This document shows positions 7,658-14,770 of a stretch of DNA of 14,770 nt, one piece after another. The first letter of the stretch is position 1, and every line of letters starts with the position of its first letter. The position numbers and the translations under genes are program-made. The DNA is from Candidatus Hadarchaeales archaeon (GTDB taxonomy: Archaea > Hadarchaeota > Hadarchaeia > Hadarchaeales > WYZ-LMO6). Where the stretch lies: positions 1 through 14,770 of the forward strand of contig JAWCKR010000023.1 in NCBI GenBank assembly GCA_038851755.1, written 5' to 3'. Under the pieces are notes generated by a model. That model was given only the letters and a program-made list of their open reading frames with translations, did not search any database and was not told where the DNA came from.

Positions 7658-9505
7658 ATGCGCCTGCTCCTGATCCACGCCGACCTGCTGGAGTTCAGGG
7701 CCCTCCAGCGGACCCCCGTGGCGGAGGAGGTGGAAGAGGGGAAGAAGGTGGGGAAAGCGGAGGAGGTGCTGGTGGCCTTCACCGCCGTGGAGGAGGAGGA
7801 CGGTGGGAACGTGGAGGCGGTGGTCTCCAGGGCCTCGGAGGAGATCCTGGACCTGTGCGGGAAGCTGGGGGTGAGGAGGGTGGCGGTCTACCCCTACGCC
7901 CACCTCAGTCCCTCCCTTTCCTCCCCTGAGGTGGCCGTGCGGGTGCTGAGGGGGATGAGGGAGAGGCTGTCGGAGGAAGGACTGGAGGTCCTGCACGTCC
8001 CCTTCGGATGGTACAAGGCCTTCACCCTGAGGTGCAAGGGCCACCCCCTGAGCGAGCTCTCCAGGGTGATCTCCCCCGAGCCCTCCGCCCCTCCCCGGGA
8101 GGAGGAAGAGAGGGGCAGGCTGGCGGTCCTTTCCCCCGACGGCAGGGAGGAGGAGGTGGACCTGGAGGACCTCGAGTCCTGCAGGCTGCTGGAGGAGAAC
8201 CCCCTGCTCAGGCAGTACCTGGTCGCCGAGAGGGGCGGGGGGACCGGGAAGGAGCCCGCCCACCTCTCCCTCATGCGCAGGCTGGAGCTGGTGGACTACG
8301 AGCCCGCCAGCGACGTGGGGCACTTCCGCTTCTACCCCAAGGGTGAGCTCGTCAAGTCCCTGCTGGAGGACTACGCCGCCCAGCTCGCCAGGGGCGTGGG
8401 GGCCCTCTTCATCCAGACCCCCCTCCTGTACAGGCTGGAGGAAAAGGACATAGGGGCCCAGGCCGCCAAGTTCCTGGCCAAGGACTACAGGGTGAAGCTC
8501 CCGGGGAAGACCCTCCTGCTGAGGTTCGCGGGTGACTTCGGCCTCTTCAGGATGATGAAGGAGGCCCAGCTCAGCTACAGGCAACTGCCCCTCCGCGTCT
8601 TTGAGCTCTCCCCCTCCTTCAGGCTGGAGCAGAGCGGGGAGTGCGTGGGGCTCAAGAGGCTGCGCTCCTTCACCATGCCCGACCTGCACTGCTTCTGCTC
8701 CGACCTGCCCCAGGCGCTGGAGGAGTACCGGCGCCTCTTCCGCCTCTTCCTGGAGCCCCTGCGCCGGATGGAGCTCCCCTACGCCCTGGTGCTCAGGGTG
8801 GTGGAGGAGTTCTACAGGGAGCACAGGGAGTTCGTGCTGGAGCTGGTGAGGGAGGAGGGGAGGCCCGCCCTGGTCGAGGTCCTCCCGGAGAGGAAGCACT
8901 ACTGGGTGATGAAGCACGAGCTCCAGTTCCTGGACCCGCAGGGGGGTAGCTCCCAGCTCTCCACCGTCCAGCTGGACCTGGAGGACTCGGAGAGGTACGG
9001 GATCCTGTACACGGACGAGGGGGGAAGGAAGAGGGGATGCGTGATCCTGCACTCCTCCATGGGCTCCATAGAGCGCTGGATCTACGCCCTGCTGGAGAAC
9101 GCGGAGAGGAAGAGGGAGGAGGGGAAGGCGCCCTCCCTGCCCCTCTGGCTCTCCCCCACCCAGGTGAGGCTGGTCCCCGTGGGAGACCGTCACCTGGAGC
9201 GCTGCCTGAGGGACGCGGAAGTCCTGGAGGGGAAGGGGGTGAGGACGGACGTGGACGACAGGGGCTGGACGGTGGCCAAGAAGATCAGGGAGGCGGAGAG
9301 GGAGTGGGTCCCCTACATAGCCGTGGTGGGCGACAGGGAGCTCGAGAGCGGGAAGCTGTCGGTGAGGGTGAGGGGCTCGGGCGTGAGGGAGTACGGGGTG
9401 GAGGAGCTCGCGGAGGAGGTCAGGAAGGCGTGTGAAGGCTTCCCCCACCGTCCCCTGTCCCTCCCCAGCAGGCTCTCCCTGCGTCCCATCTTCGTGGGCT
9501 CCTAA
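7658..9505 (+). CDS. thrS: Threonine--tRNA ligase, archaeal type with N-terminal editing domain
   Basis: MRLLLIH, VYPYAHLS, PFGWYKAF..CKGHPLSE, motif 2 FRLEQSGE..GLKRLRSFTMPDLH, motif 3 GSIER, and anticodon domain PLWLSPTQVR. ATG at 7658. Confidence 0.97.
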   Translation: MRLLLIHADLLEFRALQRTPVAEEVEEGKKVGKAEEVLVAFTAVEEEDGGNVEAVVSRASEEILDLCGKLGVRRVAVYPYAHLSPSLSSPEVAVRVLRGMRERLSEEGLEVLHVPFGWYKAFTLRCKGHPLSELSRVISPEPSAPPREEEERGRLAVLSPDGREEEVDLEDLESCRLLEENPLLRQYLVAERGGGTGKEPAHLSLMRRLELVDYEPASDVGHFRFYPKGELVKSLLEDYAAQLARGVGALFIQTPLLYRLEEKDIGAQAAKFLAKDYRVKLPGKTLLLRFAGDFGLFRMMKEAQLSYRQLPLRVFELSPSFRLEQSGECVGLKRLRSFTMPDLHCFCSDLPQALEEYRRLFRLFLEPLRRMELPYALVLRVVEEFYREHREFVLELVREEGRPALVEVLPERKHYWVMKHELQFLDPQGGSSQLSTVQLDLEDSERYGILYTDEGGRKRGCVILHSSMGSIERWIYALLENAERKREEGKAPSLPLWLSPTQVRLVPVGDRHLERCLRDAEVLEGKGVRTDVDDRGWTVAKKIREAEREWVPYIAVVGDRELESGKLSVRVRGSGVREYGVEELAEEVRKACEGFPHRPLSLPSRLSLRPIFVGS

Positions 9506-9556
9506 AGCTGAGAGGAGGCGGCTCTGGTCCCTGCCGACGCGGGTGGGAGACTGGGA

Positions 9557-10432
9557 CTACCCGTACCAGCCCAGGCCCAGCTCCCTGCAGCGCTCGTCCA
9601 CTTCCCGCTGGATCCGCATCACTTCCTCCTCCGTGAGGTGCGAGAACCTCCCCTGCAGCCTCAGGTACTCCCTCACCGGCTTCCTTCTCTCAGGCCTGAA
9701 GGTCAGCCTGATGCTCCCCCCCTCCGCTTCCCAGAGGATCCAGCAGCCCGTCTCCACCGCCAGCCTGGCCAGCCTCACGGTGAGGGAGGAATCATACCTC
9801 CAGCCCGTGGGGCAGGGACAGTGGACATGGAGGTAGGATGGCCCCTCCACCCCCGCCGCCTTCCTGACCTTCCAGAGGAGGTCCCTGGGGTATCCCACGG
9901 AGGCCGTGGCCACGTAGGGGATGCGGTGGGCGAGGGCTATGGAGGGCATGTCCTTCTTGGGTCTGTCCTCCCCCCTCACGACCTTCCCCGCGGGCGTGGT
10001 GGTGGTCCAGGCACCGAAGGGGGTGGTCCCGCTCCGCTGTATGCCCGTGTTCATGTAAGCCTCGTTATCGGTGCACACGTACAGAACGTTGTGGCCCCTC
10101 TCCATCATCCCCGAGAGGGCCTGGAGCCCTATGTCCGCCGTCCCCCCGTCGCCTCCTATGGCCACCACCTTCACCCCCTTCCTTCCCAGCCTCTTCAGGG
10201 CTGCCTCCACTCCGGAGGCTATGGCGGCCGCGTTCTCGAAGGCCCCGTGGACCCAGGGGACCCTCCAGGCGGTCTGGGGATAGGGGGTGGTGACGACCTC
10301 CATGCAGCCCGTGGCCTCCACCACGATCACCTCCTTTCCCAGGGCCTTCAGGATCAGCCTCAGCGCCATCACCTCGCCGCAGCCAGGGCAGGCACGGTGC
10401 CCGGGCGCCAGCAGCTCCTCGGCAGGTATCAC
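9557..10432 (-). CDS. porB: Pyruvate/2-oxoacid:ferredoxin oxidoreductase beta subunit
   Basis: [15 protein letters not shown], ThDP motif GGDG...[23 protein letters not shown] at 10432 overlaps the porA stop (GTGA). Confidence 0.93.
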   Translation of the reverse strand: MIPAEELLAPGHRACPGCGEVMALRLILKALGKEVIVVEATGCMEVVTTPYPQTAWRVPWVHGAFENAAAIASGVEAALKRLGRKGVKVVAIGGDGGTADIGLQALSGMMERGHNVLYVCTDNEAYMNTGIQRSGTTPFGAWTTTTPAGKVVRGEDRPKKDMPSIALAHRIPYVATASVGYPRDLLWKVRKAAGVEGPSYLHVHCPCPTGWRYDSSLTVRLARLAVETGCWILWEAEGGSIRLTFRPERRKPVREYLRLQGRFSHLTEEEVMRIQREVDERCRELGLGWYG

Positions 10433-11604
10433 TCCACCATCTCCCTCTTCAGCCCCACCCAGGTGGGGTTCTCGCCCACCCTCCCCTCCTCCGCCTCCCT
10501 CCGGAGGGTTCTGACTATCCCCTCCAGGTCCTCCGCCGTCACGTCCCTGCTCCCCAGGCCAAGGATGAAGTCCTGGAAGAGGGGCCTCCTGCCCTCGTTG
10601 GCGAAGGCCGCCACGGTGTCCGTGTAGAGGGCCCCCATCCACCCGGTGGAGATATCCTTCTCCAGCACCCCCACCACCCTGGCGCCAGCGAGGGCCTCCA
10701 CCACCTCCCGGTCAGGGAAGGGACGGTAAAGGGTGAGCTTCACCAGACCCACCCTCTCACCCCTTTCCCTGCACCTGTCCACGACCTCTTTAGCCGTGCC
10801 GGCCAGGGAACCCATGGTGAAGAGGAGGACTTCCGCCCCCTCCGTCCTGTACTCCTCCAGGATTCCGTACCTTCTGCCGAACCTCTTTCCGAACTCCTCC
10901 GCCACCCTCACGAACTCTTCCTTCGCCCTCCTCATGTCCCGGTGCTGCATGTACCTCGCCTCCGTGTAAACCTCCGGGACTCCCACCGGCCCCAGGGTGA
11001 GGGGGCGGCCAGGGTCGAGCTTGAGGGGAGGGGAGTAAGGGGGGAGGAAGGAGTCCACCTCGGCCTGCTCCGGCACCTCCACGGCCTCGGAGGTATGGGA
11101 GAGGATGTACCCGTCATAGCAGACCATGGTGGGGAGGGAGAGAAGCTCGGAAAGGCGGAAGGCCTGGAGCAGGAGGTCCAGGATCTCCTGGTTGTTCTCG
11201 CAGTAGAGCTGGATCCAGCCGCTGTCCCTAACGGCGAGGGAGTCCTGCTGGTCGTTCCAGATGCTCAGGGGTGCGGAGAGGGAGCGGTTGGCGTTGGCCA
11301 TCACCACGGGTAGCCTCATGCCGGAGACGACGTACAGGATCTCGCTCATCAGCATGAGGCCCTGGGAGGAGGTGGCGGTGAAGGCTCTTGCGCCCGTGGC
11401 GGAGGCCCCCAGGCAGACGCTGAGGGCGCTGTGCTCCGACTCCACCTTCACGAACTCCGCCTCCAGCTCCCCGTCGGCCACGTACTTCGCCAGGGTCTCC
11501 ACCACCACCGTCTGGGGGGTGATGGGGTAGGCGGAGACCACCTGGACCCTGGCCAGCTTGGCCGCCAGGGCGGCCGCCTCGTTCCCGTTGAGCAGCTGCC
11601 TCAC
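10429..11604 (-). CDS. porA: Pyruvate/2-oxoacid:ferredoxin oxidoreductase alpha subunit
   Basis: [43 protein letters not shown] at 11604 overlaps the upstream stop. Confidence 0.93.
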   Translation of the reverse strand: MRQLLNGNEAAALAAKLARVQVVSAYPITPQTVVVETLAKYVADGELEAEFVKVESEHSALSVCLGASATGARAFTATSSQGLMLMSEILYVVSGMRLPVVMANANRSLSAPLSIWNDQQDSLAVRDSGWIQLYCENNQEILDLLLQAFRLSELLSLPTMVCYDGYILSHTSEAVEVPEQAEVDSFLPPYSPPLKLDPGRPLTLGPVGVPEVYTEARYMQHRDMRRAKEEFVRVAEEFGKRFGRRYGILEEYRTEGAEVLLFTMGSLAGTAKEVVDRCRERGERVGLVKLTLYRPFPDREVVEALAGARVVGVLEKDISTGWMGALYTDTVAAFANEGRRPLFQDFILGLGSRDVTAEDLEGIVRTLRREAEEGRVGENPTWVGLKREMVE

Positions 11605-12761
11605 GCTCCCTCCTCCACCATCCTTATCACGCCCCTCGGGCACTCCTGGGCGCAGATCCCGCACCCCTTGCAGTAGTCCTCGTCCGTCCGGTACTCGGTC
11701 TCCCCCTCCTTCACGATGCAGCCCTCGGGGCAGAGGATCCAGCAGTTGTCGCACCCGTTGCACGTGCCGCAGCTGAAGCACCTCCCCGCCTCCGCCCTGA
11801 CCTCCTCCCCCGAGCTCGGTCCGGCGGGTCCCCCCACCCTGCGGGAAAAGGTGAAGTAGTCCAGCTTCACCTCCTCCAGGCCCAGCACCGGAGCAGGGGA
11901 TGTCTTCCCAGGTTCCTCCCCCCTCAGGAAGGCACCCACACCGTGGGCGGTCCTCCTCCCGGAGCCTATGGCCCAGGCCACGCCCCTCTCCACACCCTCC
12001 GCCAGCTCCCCTGCCACGAAGACCCCCTCCACCCCCGTTCGGCCCCCTTCGTCCGCTCCCACCTTCTCACCCTTCCTCACCAGCCCGCCCGCGAGCCCCT
12101 CCGGAAGAGGGTTCCTTCCCGTGGCCAGCACCACGGCCTCATAACCTCTCAGTTCATCCCTCCCCTTCACCGCCTTTCCTCTCTCCACCACCACCCCCAT
12201 CCCCTTCAGGGAGGAGAGCTCCTCCTCCAGGACGGCGCGGGGGAGATGGTGCTCCGGCATGCCCCAGGCCATCAGCCCCCCCTCTCTCTCCCTGGCCTCG
12301 AAAACCACCACCTCGTGCCCTTCGAGCCTCAGGTGGTAAGCGCATGAGAGGCCGGACGGACCCGCCCCCACCACCGCCACCCTGTGTCCGGTCTCCCTGC
12401 CTGGTTTCACCCTCCAGCCCCTCTCCCTCCCCAGATCGCCCAGGAAGCGCTCTATGTTCCTCACGGCCAGGGGCTCATCGAAGCCTCCCCTGTTGCAGGC
12501 GGCCTCGCAGAAGCGGTAACACACCCTCCCGCACACGGAGGGGAAGGGGTTGGTCCGCCTGAGGAGCCTCCAGGCCTCCTCCAGCCTTCCCTTTTCCACC
12601 AGGTAGAGGATTTTGGGGATGTCGTTGCCCACGGGACAGGCCGAGACGCAGGGGGCAGTCCTTCCCTCCCTCACCGGACGAAGGTACCTCCATCCCGAGG
12701 TCAGGTAATCCGAGCTGCTCCCGGGACGGTCTATCACTATCCCCGGCAGAAGCTTGCTCAC
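11601..12761 (-). CDS. PorD-like delta subunit fused with a GltD/NfnB/DsrL-like Fe-S flavoprotein module lacking the NAD(P)-binding domain (386 aa)
   Basis: PorD N-terminus PGSS..Y.TSGWR..RPV; PCVSACP; NPFPSVCGRVC...CEAACNR; FAD motif VVGAGPSG; LATG; VFVAGE; EAGRCFSC; C-terminal CNGCDNCWILCP and CKGCGICAQECP. GTG at 12761 overlaps the porG stop. Confidence 0.88.
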   Translation of the reverse strand: MSKLLPGIVIDRPGSSSDYLTSGWRYLRPVREGRTAPCVSACPVGNDIPKILYLVEKGRLEEAWRLLRRTNPFPSVCGRVCYRFCEAACNRGGFDEPLAVRNIERFLGDLGRERGWRVKPGRETGHRVAVVGAGPSGLSCAYHLRLEGHEVVVFEAREREGGLMAWGMPEHHLPRAVLEEELSSLKGMGVVVERGKAVKGRDELRGYEAVVLATGRNPLPEGLAGGLVRKGEKVGADEGGRTGVEGVFVAGELAEGVERGVAWAIGSGRRTAHGVGAFLRGEEPGKTSPAPVLGLEEVKLDYFTFSRRVGGPAGPSSGEEVRAEAGRCFSCGTCNGCDNCWILCPEGCIVKEGETEYRTDEDYCKGCGICAQECPRGVIRMVEEGA

Positions 12762-13288
12762 TCCCTGACCTCCTCGTAGGCCCTCCTCATGGCCTTCATG
12801 TTCCTCTCCCCCACCTTCCCCTTGAAATATCCTCCCACCACCCTGAGCACCGACTCCAGGCTCACCTCTCCGGAGGCCCTCACGTAGGCGCCCAGCATGG
12901 CCATGTTGGTGATGGGGGCACCGATCTCTTCCACCGCTATGGAGGTGGCATCCACCCACGCCACCCTTCCCGCCTTCAGATTTCCAGGCTTCTCCCTGGC
13001 GTTCAGGACGAGGAGGCCACCCGGCTTCAGGCCCTCCGCGACGTTCACGGCACGCAGGAGGGTGTGGTCCAGCACCACCACGTGATCGGGCTCATAGATC
13101 TGGCTCCTGATCCTCACGGGCTTGGTATCGAGCCTGGCGAAGGCCACCACGGGCGCTCCCCTCCTCTCCGCCCCGAAGAAGGGGAAGGCCTGGGCGTATT
13201 TCCCCTCCAGAAAAGCGGCCTCGGCGAGCATCCGGGCCGCCGTAACAGCCCCCTGTCCGCCCCTTCCGTGGAACCTTATCTCGATCAC
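12758..13288 (-). CDS. porG: Pyruvate/2-oxoacid:ferredoxin oxidoreductase gamma subunit
   Basis: [36 protein letters not shown]. Confidence 0.94.
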
Positions 13289-13321
13289 TTTTCTCCCCGA
13301 AAATTACAACCTATACCCATC

Positions 13322-13334
13322 TTTACTTATTTAA
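13322..13334 (-). promoter_or_regulatory. Putative TATA region for the por operon
   Basis: The minus strand reads TTAAATAAGTAAA, about 35-45 nt upstream of the porG start. Confidence 0.5.
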
Positions 13335-13421
13335 CTCTACCGCAGAAAGGCCCCTTCCCCGCAGCGGGAGAGGAGGCGATTAACCAAGCCCAACCTAAGA
13401 CGAGGAAGAGCGGGGAGACTG

Positions 13422-13440
13422 GGGGAAGGAAGAAAAAAAA
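13422..13440 (-). terminator. Oligo-T archaeal terminator after the acyl-CoA dehydrogenase
   Basis: The minus strand reads TTTTTTTTCTTCCTTCCCC, 13 nt after the stop codon. Confidence 0.6.
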
Positions 13441-13453
13441 TTATGGGAGGAGT

Positions 13454-14662
13454 TCAGGCGTAGGCCGAGAAGCCCTTTCCGAGGATGGAGTACCCCGTGA
13501 TCAGCTTCATGATCTCGCTGGTTCCGTCCGGGACCGTCTGCATCCTGGCATCGCGGAAGTACCTCTCCAGGGGCATCTCGTCGGAAAGACCGTTCCCTCC
13601 GAAGATCTGCATGGCCATGTAGGTCACCTTCACCGACGCCTCCCCTCCGTACACCTTCGCCATGGCTGAGAGCCTCCTGGCGTCAGGGTCGCCCTTCATG
13701 ATGGCGTGCACCGCCCTGTATCCCAGCAGCCTGGCCGTCTCTATCAGCACGTTCATCTTGTACAGCATCTCCTGAATCAGCTGGAACTTCCCTATGGGCT
13801 TCCCGAACTGCACGCGCTCCTTGGCGTACTCCACAGCCTTCTCGAAGGCCGCCTCCGCTATCCCCACGGACATCAGGCACATCCCTGCTCTGGGCATGGT
13901 GAGCATGGCCGTGACCGGGGAGACTGAGGTCAGGAGCTTCATGTACCCCTCAGAGACCGGAAGCCCCCCCTGCTCGAAGGCCCTCTGCACCAGCACCATC
14001 ATCTCGTTGTTCTGGGGCACCTTGCAGTTGTCGAAGAACATCTCACCCGTGGGGGAGGCCTTCCACCCTATCTTGTGCAGCTCGTTCGTTTCCCAGCCGG
14101 AAACCTCCTTCTCCACCAGGAAGAAGGTCTCGGCGCCCGTCTCGCTGCTCTTGGCCCCCACCCAGGCGGTGTCGGCGATGGGCGCGTTGCTTATCCAGGT
14201 CTTCCTCCCGTTGATGACGTAGTGGTCCCCTTCCAGTTTGGCCGTGGTCTTCAGGTTGGAGGTGTCGCAGCCGGCCTCGGGCTCCGTCTCGGCGAAGCAC
14301 CCTATGAACTCGCACCTCTCCATCCTGCGCAGGATCCTGTCCTTCACGTCCTCGTCGGCGAAGGGGGCGAAGAGGGCCGGGATGGCCCCCATCCCGAACA
14401 GGGGAAGCAGGCTGGGCCACACCCTTCCCACCTCCTCGGCGAAGAGGCAGAAGACCATGGGGTCCATCATCGACCTGATGTTCTCCGGGTCGAGGCCTAT
14501 CCCTATGGTCTTGAACTTCTTCATGATCTCCACGGCCTCCTGTCTGGTGAGCGGTCCTTCCCTGTCCCTCTTGTTCACGTAAGACTCCGGGAAGTGCTTG
14601 TTCAGAAACTCCCTCAGGGTGTCCTTGAACATCCGCTGGTCCTCGGTCAGTTCAAAATCCAT
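13454..14662 (-). CDS. Acyl-CoA dehydrogenase family protein
   Basis: MDFELTEDQ, FAETEPEAGCD, INGRKTWISNA, YAKERVQFGKPIGKFQLIQ, QIFGGNG, ERYFRDAR..DGTSEI. GGAGG Shine-Dalgarno upstream. Confidence 0.96.
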   Translation of the reverse strand: MDFELTEDQRMFKDTLREFLNKHFPESYVNKRDREGPLTRQEAVEIMKKFKTIGIGLDPENIRSMMDPMVFCLFAEEVGRVWPSLLPLFGMGAIPALFAPFADEDVKDRILRRMERCEFIGCFAETEPEAGCDTSNLKTTAKLEGDHYVINGRKTWISNAPIADTAWVGAKSSETGAETFFLVEKEVSGWETNELHKIGWKASPTGEMFFDNCKVPQNNEMMVLVQRAFEQGGLPVSEGYMKLLTSVSPVTAMLTMPRAGMCLMSVGIAEAAFEKAVEYAKERVQFGKPIGKFQLIQEMLYKMNVLIETARLLGYRAVHAIMKGDPDARRLSAMAKVYGGEASVKVTYMAMQIFGGNGLSDEMPLERYFRDARMQTVPDGTSEIMKLITGYSILGKGFSAYA

Positions 14663-14770
14663 TTTTTCATCCCTCCTTTCTTTTTTTACCCCCTTCCTTT
14701 CCTCCCTCGGTATTTATCCTTTGCGACCTGTGCCCCAGAGGTTATATCCCCCGTCGAAAAGGGGGAAGGG

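Noticed and set aside
4228-9448. Long antisense or alternate-frame ORFs (e.g. 4228-6567 +, 6522-7619 +, 7598-9448 -), and similar ones across the window
   Set aside because: Shadow ORFs of well-supported genes, caused by high GC3. They are Pro/Leu/Gly/His-rich with no motifs.
9506-9556. Spacer between convergent thrS and porB as a possible ncRNA
   Set aside because: No convincing stem, C/D boxes or tRNA features.
10433-12959. Extended N-termini of porB (10642), porA (11781) and the delta fusion (12959) in the ORF track
   Set aside because: They overlap the upstream genes. GTGA-coupled starts at 10432, 11604 and 12761 match where the family sequences begin.
14647-14670. Out-of-frame upstream ATG giving the mini-ORF MKKWILN, with an A6 run as a possible slippage site
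   Set aside because: This ATG directly abuts the Shine-Dalgarno. The ATG at 14662 has normal spacing and gives an intact MDFELT start.

Overview
GC-rich archaeal chromosomal segment. Archaeal markers are Rpo4/RpoF, eL21, SRP54, a proteasome beta subunit, archaeal-type ThrRS, heavy AGG codon use and TATA-type promoters. A Hadarchaeota-like thermophile is a guess only. From left to right: a 5' fragment of a ROK sugar kinase (minus strand, missed by the ORF track); a divergent AAA_14/wHTH/PD-(D/E)xK (DUF4143-type) ATPase preceded by two identical 23-bp palindrome-containing repeats; a proteasome beta subunit lacking catalytic Thr1; the UPF0148/UPF0147 pair; a minus-strand operon (M50 protease-tmk-srp54-rpl21e-rpo4-DUF655); thrS; a coupled 2-oxoacid:ferredoxin oxidoreductase operon (gamma, delta-fusion, alpha, beta); and an acyl-CoA dehydrogenase with Asp at the catalytic position. 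The most unusual element is the delta subunit. It is split by an inserted GltD/NfnB/DsrL-like Fe-S flavoprotein module from which the NAD(P)-binding Rossmann domain has been cleanly removed.
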